From the NCBI GenBank assembly GCA_002722595.1, contig PBMO01000016.1, positions 984 to 40,352 of the forward strand: a stretch of 39,369 nt of DNA. Reading direction: 5' to 3'. Below the pieces are notes generated by a model. It had not been told where the DNA came from. It made no database searches and saw nothing but the letters and a program-made list of their open reading frames with translations. Position numbers and translations under genes: made by a program. Each line of letters starts with the position of its first letter. Positions within the stretch are counted from its first letter, which is position 1. Positions 17,694 to 25,886 of this stretch are shown one piece after another. This DNA comes from Methanobacteriota archaeon (GTDB lineage: Archaea; Thermoplasmatota; Poseidoniia; Poseidoniales; Thalassarchaeaceae).

Positions 17694-20432
17694 TCAGCAT
17701 CCAAGACCTGATTCAAGGTTGGCGAGATTCTTGCTCATCAACGACATGTAGTCATCGTTGCTGTCAATTGGTGCCATTTCCATAGTGTACAGATATTCGA
17801 TAGTCACACCTGTATCTTGCACGATGCTACCTACCGATGCCGCATCAGTGTATTCTTCAACGAACAATACTGTCACCCCTTCTTCGTTGATATGTTCAAC
17901 GACATTGGCAATATCTTCTGGTGAAGGTTCGCCTTCAGGATCCAAACCGTGAACAGTTACGAATTGGATATCGTAACGGACTGCAATGTAAGAGTAAGCG
18001 TTGTGGTTTGCAACCACAGTCTTTTCCTGGCCAGCAACAGCACAGGTTCCATTTTCTCCAAATGCAGCCTCAAAGGAATCATCCAGCGCATCTAGCTCAG
18101 CACCAAATGATTCGGCATTGGCTCTGAAATCATCTTCAGCACTTGGGAATGCAGCGATTAAACCATCCATGACGATATTCATTTGCACCTTGAATGCAAC
18201 AGGGTCAAGCCAACTGTGCGGGTCATAATTCAACGTCTCCTCATCAGCGTGGTCGTCATGGCCATCCTCATCGTCATGATCACCATCTCCACCAGGTCCG
18301 CTGTTTGCAGCAGTCCACATGTATCCTGCAGCTTCACAGTCGTCCTCAGTAGTGATTGTACTGTCAACAGTGTGCGTACTCATGTCATAGCAGACCATGT
18401 CCTCCTCATCACCATGGTCATCGTGATCATCATGGTCGTCGTGATCATCATGGTCGTCGTGACCACCCTCTCCCATGAGAACATAGAATTCAACATCATG
18501 AGGCAGAGCAAATCCGTATTCGCCTTCAGCTTCAATATGGATTTTCACATGTCCAGCGTGCTCTTCTCCCATATCCATCAGCATGTCAAGTTCTGAAGCG
18601 TCAATGAATCCATTCATGTTCACATCCAATATATCGAACATAGGATTACAATTTGCATCCACACAGTCTTCACATTGATTACTGTCGGAATCCAAGCAAA
18701 CAAAGGCACAAGAAGCCATAACACATTCACAGTAACCGGTAAAATTGTCTAAATCACTAATGTCACATTCCATGTGATGTTCATCATCACCGTGGTCGTC
18801 ATGGTCATCGTCCATGGCTGCAATCATACTGACAAATTCACTCATGGACAACTTCCCATCCCCATCCTCATCAAAGGCCGAGATCAGGATTTCAGTTGTA
18901 AGTGACCCCAACTCATCATCCATATCTTCGATGGACTCAATGAAGTTCTCAAGTTCAGCTAGACTCAATAGAGTATCAGAATCTGCATCAGATTCATTGA
19001 ACATAGTCATCAACATGTCCATCAGATATTCCTCCATTGCTTCTTCGATGGGGTTGTGATCATCGTGGTCATCATGGTGCCCAGGTTCTTCTAGAAGAGA
19101 CATGTTCGCAGTGGATGCAGCCCATGCAAGGTGGTCGTTATCATCATGTGTCATCATGACAGAATCGATTCCAACACCGCTCTCTTCCCATGCTTCACTG
19201 GCCCCATTCCAAATCTGCAGGGACCACCACCATGAGTAATCACTTGGTGCATCAACACCATTAATGCCGTGAACTTGGTTGCCGTATACCTCATGCACAG
19301 ATGAGTTCAGGGAGATGTTGTTCTCCTGCATTGTGATGCTGGTTAAGTCCCATCCTGTTGCATTATCTGGCAACATATCATGGTCCAATTCAAACATTGC
19401 AGTTGTGTTATCTGGATACAGTACGGACACTGAATGAGAGTGTTCATCATGGTCATCATCACCGTGACCGTCGTGATCATCCTCATCCTCATTCATCCAC
19501 ACTGTCCAGAATTCATTCCAGGAAATTTTCCCATCATTGTCTTGATCAGCCTCAGCTAGGGCTTGTTCAGGAGTCATTTCCTCATCATGGTCGTCACCGT
19601 GGTCATCACCATGTCCATGGTGGTCGTGGTGAGCGTGGCCGCCACCCATCTTCAGAACAGCCATGTTGAACTCGTGCAAGTCTTCGGCCTCTTCGAAATC
19701 AAGGATGTATTCACCCTCTTCCATGTGGAAGATTGAGATGACAGTTTCAGATGGACAATCAGCAGGGTCTTCGATGATTTCTTCCGGACTCGCGTGACCG
19801 TGATCTGCGTGATCATGCTCATCGTGACCATCTTCCCCGTGTTCATCGTGGTCTTCTTCCCCATGTTCATCGTGGTCTTCTTCCCCATGTTCATCGTGGT
19901 CTTCTTCCATTTCAGGGAAAGAGAGCGTGTGCGCGACGTACTCTGCATGGATTTCAGATGCATCATCTTCATCCATCGAGAGGGTTGTGGATTCATAGGG
20001 CCCAGCCGTGAGGAGTTCACAGAGTTCCGTAACCAACATCCCCTCGTAATCGAGAGTTACTTCTTCGCCTGGCATGGCGTGCGTCTCGATTGCAGTGGGT
20101 GCCGCTGCGCCCATGGATTCAATAGTTGAATCAACCCATGGTTCTAGACCCAAACCGTGGTAAAAGAATACATCAGCACCTTGGAGACGAACAATGTCTT
20201 GGGCCGATGGTTCGTAGTCATGAACAGGAATATTATCCTGACTCATATATTCCAATGTAACACGATCGCCCGCTACAGCTTTCACAAGCTCACCAACGTG
20301 GTATGTGGACACCATTACGGTACCTACAGAACCTTCGTCTACGACCTCTTCATCACCTTCTAAACACCCAGCGAGGCTGGAGAAAATCATCAGCAGGCTT
20401 ACCAAAATCACTCGATATGAATTACTCTTCAT
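17694..20432 (-). CDS. znuA: ZnuA/TroA-family metal-binding lipoprotein with very large His/Asp-rich, EF-hand-containing insertion
   Basis: LAGC lipobox, VHDYEPSAQD, YHGLGLEPW, then ~600-aa insert, then DPHSWLDP, NHNAYSY, EPSPED. Confidence 0.88.
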   Translation of the reverse strand: MKSNSYRVILVSLLMIFSSLAGCLEGDEEVVDEGSVGTVMVSTYHVGELVKAVAGDRVTLEYMSQDNIPVHDYEPSAQDIVRLQGADVFFYHGLGLEPWVDSTIESMGAAAPTAIETHAMPGEEVTLDYEGMLVTELCELLTAGPYESTTLSMDEDDASEIHAEYVAHTLSFPEMEEDHDEHGEEDHDEHGEEDHDEHGEDGHDEHDHADHGHASPEEIIEDPADCPSETVISIFHMEEGEYILDFEEAEDLHEFNMAVLKMGGGHAHHDHHGHGDDHGDDHDEEMTPEQALAEADQDNDGKISWNEFWTVWMNEDEDDHDGHGDDDHDEHSHSVSVLYPDNTTAMFELDHDMLPDNATGWDLTSITMQENNISLNSSVHEVYGNQVHGINGVDAPSDYSWWWSLQIWNGASEAWEESGVGIDSVMMTHDDNDHLAWAASTANMSLLEEPGHHDDHDDHNPIEEAMEEYLMDMLMTMFNESDADSDTLLSLAELENFIESIEDMDDELGSLTTEILISAFDEDGDGKLSMSEFVSMIAAMDDDHDDHGDDEHHMECDISDLDNFTGYCECVMASCAFVCLDSDSNQCEDCVDANCNPMFDILDVNMNGFIDASELDMLMDMGEEHAGHVKIHIEAEGEYGFALPHDVEFYVLMGEGGHDDHDDHDDHDDHDDHGDEEDMVCYDMSTHTVDSTITTEDDCEAAGYMWTAANSGPGGDGDHDDEDGHDDHADEETLNYDPHSWLDPVAFKVQMNIVMDGLIAAFPSAEDDFRANAESFGAELDALDDSFEAAFGENGTCAVAGQEKTVVANHNAYSYIAVRYDIQFVTVHGLDPEGEPSPEDIANVVEHINEEGVTVLFVEEYTDAASVGSIVQDTGVTIEYLYTMEMAPIDSNDDYMSLMSKNLANLESGLGC
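19837..19908. repeat. 3 x 24-bp coding tandem repeat (EEDHDEHG)
   Basis: CCRTGTTCATCGTGGTCTTCTTCC at 19837, 19861 and 19885. Confidence 0.9.
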
Positions 20433-20520
20433 GAACTTGCGGCTAACTATTAACTATTTAATCAGAACTAATAAATAGGGATTTGATAATTATTATTAGC
20501 ATAGCCTACCTCAGCGTATT

Positions 20521-20946
20521 ATGAGCCAAATAATTACATTCAGCGTCGATAAGGAGTTTGCCAGTAGGCTGGATGATTTTATCCAGAAAACTGGATACAA
20601 GAATAGAAGCATGTTTCTTCGCGATGCGAGTCTTCACTTTGCGGACGCCTCATTGAGAGGAGATATTGATTCCATGGATGCAAAACAGGAAATTGAAGGA
20701 ACAGCAGTGGTATATTTTCAACATCATGTTGAAAACAAATTGGCTGATTTACGGCATTCAAGTTTGTTCAAAATCACATCATATCATCACAACTGCCTCG
20801 CAACCAGCCATACGTGTGTAGATACAATGCAAGTAAGTGGTAAGGCTGGGGCAATAAGAGAAATGATCAACGGTCTAAGAAATACAAAGGACGTCGATCG
20901 AGTGGAATTTATTTCAGCTCCATTCCGAGAAGATGGATGTTGCTAG
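20521..20946 (+). CDS. NikR-like metal-responsive regulator (RHH + ACT-type domain)
   Basis: IITFSVDKEFASRLDDFIQKTGYKNRSMFLRDA RHH; GTAVVYFQHH and YHHNC...HTCVD metal-site region; divergent from znuACB. Confidence 0.85.
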   Translation: MSQIITFSVDKEFASRLDDFIQKTGYKNRSMFLRDASLHFADASLRGDIDSMDAKQEIEGTAVVYFQHHVENKLADLRHSSLFKITSYHHNCLATSHTCVDTMQVSGKAGAIREMINGLRNTKDVDRVEFISAPFREDGCC

Positions 20947-20949
20947 GTA

Positions 20950-21711
20950 TTAGCCGATTTCATCATCATATTCAATGAGTACAGATTGGTTCACATTGAT
21001 GTAATCTTGGCCAGAATCATAGTTGATTCTTAGTTCATGAACTAGGAATGTGTTGAAATGAATGGTTTCCCACACGACAGACTCTCCGTCATGGACAAGC
21101 CCACTTCGAGTTTGACATGCATCTTCTGCACTATCGACCAAACTCCAAGTAATTTCAACTTCACGACCACTAGAAACATCCTCAATTAATTCGGGATTTT
21201 CAACTCTGGAATCGATAATTATCGAGCTGGGGGAAGTTCCTCCATTTGTCGGAATCGGATTGATTGTCATAGGCTGGGGTTCATATGTGCTGTATTCCAT
21301 CCAATCAATCCGCATTTCAATTATAATGTAGATTGGCATATTCTGGGTCTGATTGCGTTCATCAGTTGCAAAGGCAATTATTTCGTACATCCCATGATTT
21401 GAAAAGTCGATTGAAATAGTCGAATCAGTTTTTGCATCGACTACCGTTGGAGCCGCTCCATCCAAGAGGTCTATGCCAAACGACATCAATTCTCTATCTG
21501 AGTATGTTTCCGAAAAATCAAAAATCATGGTCACATTATTTGTAGAAACAAGTTCTCCATCGGTGAAAGATTGCACGACAGTACCATTTGTTTGTCCAGT
21601 GTTGACAATCAATACTATTTCCTCATCACCATTTTCAAAATCAGATAAGCAGCCTGCTAATGTTATTGACAATAACATAAATGCGAGCAAAACAGGCTCC
21701 ATTAGCCGCAT
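20950..21711 (-). CDS. Hypothetical lipoprotein with PKD-like domain
   Basis: LAGCL lipobox, FDFSETYS...FSNHGMYEI pattern; start reassigned to ATG 21711. Confidence 0.7.
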   Translation of the reverse strand: MRLMEPVLLAFMLLSITLAGCLSDFENGDEEIVLIVNTGQTNGTVVQSFTDGELVSTNNVTMIFDFSETYSDRELMSFGIDLLDGAAPTVVDAKTDSTISIDFSNHGMYEIIAFATDERNQTQNMPIYIIIEMRIDWMEYSTYEPQPMTINPIPTNGGTSPSSIIIDSRVENPELIEDVSSGREVEITWSLVDSAEDACQTRSGLVHDGESVVWETIHFNTFLVHELRINYDSGQDYINVNQSVLIEYDDEIG

Positions 21712-21828
21712 ATATTTCTCAAAGAGAAATTGAATATAAGCAAACTGGTCTGATGTGAGTAGTGACAATTTATGAAAAGACAATTTATCATCGGTGACTT
21801 TGAGGCTTAGACCTGTTCACGAGCAAAT

Positions 21829-23340
21829 ATGGGCGAAGCATATGGGCAACTGATGTCAAAGATGAAAGAGATAGAAACTGTAGGCCAAATACAGGGACTT
21901 CTAGGTTGGGACCAAGAGGTTATGATGCCTCCAAAAGCCGGACCACTACGTGCAGAACAATTGGCCTGGCTTTCACGCACTAGTCACTCGATGATGGTTG
22001 AAACAGAGATGGGTGAGGTATTGTCAGCAGCGGAAGAAGAAGGAGCGGATGATGAAATCACCGCAGCGAATCTTCGCTTAATCAGAGATGCATATGACAA
22101 GGCCACAAAGAAACCAGCAGATTTCGTAGAACGCTTCGCTCGCCATAAATCAAAATCAATTAGGTCTTGGGCAGAGGCACGAGAAAAGGATGATTTCTCA
22201 ATTTTTAGAGATGACCTTGCAGAGATGATAGACCTTAATCGAGAGCTTGCAGAATATCTTGGATACGATGACAATCCATATGATGCGCTGTTGGATATTT
22301 ATGAATCAGGGCTATGTGTTGCTCAAGTAGATCCTCTATTCCAGGGCCTTCGAGAATCCCTAGTGCCGTTGATTGCCGCAGTGGGAGAATGTGAATCCCC
22401 TGACATGTCATGGGTTGAAGCGAGTAATTGGGGTGAAGATGCTCAAGCCCAACTATCACATGGGATTTCGGCAGCAGTGGGTTTTGATTTCGATGCGGGG
22501 CGACGTGACAAATCCACCCACCCATTTTGCGGCGGAGCAAATCCTGATGATGTTCGGTGGACTACTCGGTATGATGAAAACGAACCCTTCGGTTCCCTTT
22601 ATGGTTCACTTCATGAAACGGGTCATGGTTTGTATGAACAAGGCCGGCCTCGCCAACTAGATTTCCAACCATCAGGTCATGCCAATGGATTGGGTGTGCA
22701 TGAATCTCAAAGTAGACTTTGGGAAAATCAAGTTGGGCGTTCCCTTGCATTCAGTGAGTGGGCAATTCCACATTGGTCCAAACACTTCCCTGAAAATATG
22801 GAAGGAGTTACTGGAGAAATGTTGTGGCGTAGTGTTAACCTCATCGAGCCGAGTTTGATACGTGTTGAGGCCGACGAGGCGACCTACAACATACACATCA
22901 TGATTCGCTACGAGATTGAGAAACAACTCATCAATGGGGAGTTAGAGATTGATGATTTACCTGATGCTTGGGATGACATGTATGAACAATACCTCGGCGT
23001 ACGTTCGCCTGATCGGAAGCAAGGAGTATTGCAAGATATCCATTGGTCAATGGGTGCTTTTGGATACTTCCCCACATACACACTTGGAAATTTGTATAGT
23101 GCCCAATTGCTCGCAGCAGCAAGATCGGATTTAGAGAGCGAACAAACTCTAGAAGAGATGTGGGCCGTTGGGAATTTTGCACCTCTTTTAGATTGGATGC
23201 GAAGCAATGTCCACGAACGCGGTAGTATTTCGACACCAGCTGATTTGATCAAAGAAGCAACGGGCCAACCACCATCACCTCAACCTTTTATCGATTATTT
23301 ACGAAATAAGGTTGAACGCCTTTACAACGTCACTGTTTGA
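21829..23340 (+). CDS. Carboxypeptidase M32 (Taq-type)
   Basis: HPFC, HETGHGLYEQG (HEXXH), HESQSR, IRVEADE, QDIHW, GYFPTYTLG. Confidence 0.96.
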   Translation: MGEAYGQLMSKMKEIETVGQIQGLLGWDQEVMMPPKAGPLRAEQLAWLSRTSHSMMVETEMGEVLSAAEEEGADDEITAANLRLIRDAYDKATKKPADFVERFARHKSKSIRSWAEAREKDDFSIFRDDLAEMIDLNRELAEYLGYDDNPYDALLDIYESGLCVAQVDPLFQGLRESLVPLIAAVGECESPDMSWVEASNWGEDAQAQLSHGISAAVGFDFDAGRRDKSTHPFCGGANPDDVRWTTRYDENEPFGSLYGSLHETGHGLYEQGRPRQLDFQPSGHANGLGVHESQSRLWENQVGRSLAFSEWAIPHWSKHFPENMEGVTGEMLWRSVNLIEPSLIRVEADEATYNIHIMIRYEIEKQLINGELEIDDLPDAWDDMYEQYLGVRSPDRKQGVLQDIHWSMGAFGYFPTYTLGNLYSAQLLAAARSDLESEQTLEEMWAVGNFAPLLDWMRSNVHERGSISTPADLIKEATGQPPSPQPFIDYLRNKVERLYNVTV

Positions 23341-23379
23341 ACCGAAGTCCAATATGTGACCTTGTGACCAGCACTAGGT

Positions 23380-24537
23380 ATGGAGGGCCAACCATTTCGA
23401 GATTTACGCGAAATGGCTTGGTTTGAAAGACAAATAGATGCTAATATCAGTTGCATACACTTAGATGGAGAACGTTTGATTGTGGGCGATTGGGATGGTG
23501 GCATTCATTGTTGGGATCTCAATGGGGAAAACCTTTGGTCCACAAAAACGAGTAATAGAGTCGGTAATCTTAGTCTTTCCAAGAACATGGTTTACGCTGT
23601 TTGTGGACGTGATTTGACTGCTATTGAATTGTCTACAGGGGCAATACAATGGAATAGTGAGTTAGAGGGCAGTAGTGATTTAGTAGCCAGCACACAAGAT
23701 GGAAGCACAATTATTGCAACATCATCAATATTCGATTTAGAAATGAACGATTTTTTAGAGTCTACGATTTGGAGATTTAATCAGGATGGAGATTTGTTAT
23801 TCAAAGAATCCATCGACGAGCGCCCATGGTCTATTGAGATGCGTGGAGATGGAACAGCCTTCCTTGCATTGGGACGGCCTCGATGTGGCATGATTAGAAT
23901 AAATGAAGAAGGCGCACGTCATATGACATTACCAACAAATTCGCCAGCAACGTGTGGACGTGTTGGTCCAAAATATTCGATTATTGGCCATGCAGATGGC
24001 ACACTTACAGGACTAGACACAGGCCTAGTTTTGGATGATGATGATTTCACAAATCAGCCTGGGCCAATCGAAGCCATATCAAGTGCAGAGATTGGTTATA
24101 TGGTCGCATCATCCATTGAAGATAATTCAGGGATATCTGATTCTAATACAGTTCGAGGTATTGCGCGTTCTTATGATGCCAAAGGGAAATTAGTTTGGCA
24201 GATTGAAACCATAGGCGGTTGCATTATTGAACATGTAGAGCATGGGCCCGAGTTTGACAGCAGTGCAACAGCTTGGGTTGTTTCTTGGGACAAGATAGAC
24301 TCTACAATAATCGTCAATTCTGCAACACAAGATAGGCAATATGCTATTTTCAGCGAACCTTCACGTGTTAATGCAATACAGGCATACGAAGATTTCATTG
24401 CAATAGGGTTTGATAATGGTAGATTGATTCTGCTCCAGGGAGAACTTCTTCACAGGAGACTATCCCAAAAAAGCGAGGATCATTCTGACGAAAGGCGCAA
24501 CAAATTGGCTGAAAAATTGCGACGTCTCAGGTCCTAA
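23380..24537 (+). CDS. PQQ/WD40-like beta-propeller protein
   Basis: Repeated blades such as VGDWDGGIHCWDLNGENLW, IELSTGAIQW and YDAKGKLVW. Confidence 0.8.
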   Translation: MEGQPFRDLREMAWFERQIDANISCIHLDGERLIVGDWDGGIHCWDLNGENLWSTKTSNRVGNLSLSKNMVYAVCGRDLTAIELSTGAIQWNSELEGSSDLVASTQDGSTIIATSSIFDLEMNDFLESTIWRFNQDGDLLFKESIDERPWSIEMRGDGTAFLALGRPRCGMIRINEEGARHMTLPTNSPATCGRVGPKYSIIGHADGTLTGLDTGLVLDDDDFTNQPGPIEAISSAEIGYMVASSIEDNSGISDSNTVRGIARSYDAKGKLVWQIETIGGCIIEHVEHGPEFDSSATAWVVSWDKIDSTIIVNSATQDRQYAIFSEPSRVNAIQAYEDFIAIGFDNGRLILLQGELLHRRLSQKSEDHSDERRNKLAEKLRRLRS

Positions 24538-24620
24538 AAAATATCAATTCTGGAATCGCCCTTCCATCGGAAACAGGGGTCGGGTTGCCTGATTTCTGGT
24601 GGAAAGATGCATATTTCTCA

Positions 24621-24633
24621 CAAAGGTTTATGG
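24621..24633 (+). promoter_or_regulatory. Putative archaeal BRE/TATA promoter for the large ncRNA
   Basis: CAAAGGTTTATGG ~25-30 nt before the first helix; resembles GAAGGTTCATGG upstream of pyrE on the minus strand. Confidence 0.5.
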
Positions 24634-25314
24634 CCCTCCGCTTCACACGTGACTTTCGCCGCTCCCGAGGAGTGGTGTCGGAGTGCCCAGTACTACCGGC
24701 AGGCCCCAAGCCCACAAGGGACCCAATTCGGGAACGGCGGTGGGCCACTATTCCGAGTTAAATCGGAGTTGGTGGGGTGTACGGCCAGCAGTAATGTTGG
24801 ATTCGTAGACCTACAGGAGAGAAAGCGTACATTTCGGTGTACAATGGATACTTCTGTGAACAGTGCATTAGAGTTGGGCTCTAGTGCATACAGACACATT
24901 GTGTCTGAAATCACAGGAGATGTCTGCTCGTAAGAGCAGGGATCATTCGGAAGGAACTAGCAACATATACACCTTGCGAAAATCTCAATCAAAGGGAAAC
25001 AATGGAAGCCGAAAGGTGACCTCAGGGACCTAAAGAAAGAGGTAATTGCATAACAGTTGAGTTGTGAAAAGTCGGCTGGAAAAATCCCTCAACGCACAAT
25101 CCTGTGCTGGCATCTGAAGGCTCTGCCTGAAGACCGCCGGGGACGAGAAGGCTGCAGCTAGATCGTTCCAGGAAGGGTTGCAGCAATGCATACCTGACCA
25201 AAGGGGGGAACAGGGTGATAGCAATATCAAATCCTGCTCCTTGGTTGATTGAAATCGTAAGATGGATATTGCCAAGGAGAGACGTTTTCCGCAAGGAATC
25301 GTCTCTCTCAGGGA

Positions 25315-25561
25315 CGCCGGATTAGAGAAATCTGATTCGGGAACTGGTGGAGAGAAAGCAGTTTTCGGACTGTGGACAACACATCGGGAAGTGAGGTAGG
25401 TAACTACCTCAGGCGTCTGAGGATAGCTCGATGCGCTTGCGCATCGGGCTACCCGACCGAGATTTGGAAAACGTCTTCGGACGAAGGAAGGATTTCGGAT
25501 GCGGAGGCTGGCTGGCGGGGAAAGATCTACTCGATTCGAACCTGCCAGTCAGTACTCCCAA
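25315..25561 (+). repeat. Structured repeat domain, copy 1 (~247 nt)
   Basis: CGCCGGATTAGAGAAATCTG...CTCCCAA, near-identical to 25642-25886. Confidence 0.95.
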
Positions 25562-25641
25562 TTCCCACTCCAGGCTGATTTCTTCGCAAGAAGAGAGCAG
25601 TTAGGAGGTGCATGCAGACTGCAAGGAATGCGTGTGCCGGG

Positions 25642-25886
25642 CGCCGGATTAGAGAAATCTGATTCGGGAACTGGTGGAGAGAAAGCAGTTTTCGGACTGT
25701 GGACAACACATCGGGAAGTGAGGTAGGAAACTACCACAGGCGTCTGAGGTAAGGAAGATGTGCAAGCATTTTCTGCACCGGCCGAGATTTGGAAAACGTC
25801 TCCGGACGAAGGAAGGATTTCGGATGTGGAGGCTGGCTGGCGGGGAAAGATCTACTCGATTCGAACCCGCCAGCCAGCACTCCCAA
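25642..25886 (+). repeat. Structured repeat domain, copy 2 (~245 nt)
   Basis: As copy 1 except for a few substitutions and one swapped hairpin. Confidence 0.95.

Noticed and set aside
18410-18465. 9-bp HDD repeats as a separate repeat element
   Set aside because: Explained by His/Asp low-complexity coding within znuA
25338-25555. Tandem cobalamin riboswitches (GGGAA..GGTG, ACTGT, GGGAAG, ACCTGCC fragments)
   Set aside because: Core GCCCCCGC and GCCACTG elements and motif order are missing, and the next gene (fumC) is convergent, so there is nothing downstream to regulate
25315-25886. CRISPR array, IS ends or assembly artefact
   Set aside because: Only two ~246-nt units, no cas or transposase genes, no terminal inverted repeats; differences are structured, though a read-level check is still advisable
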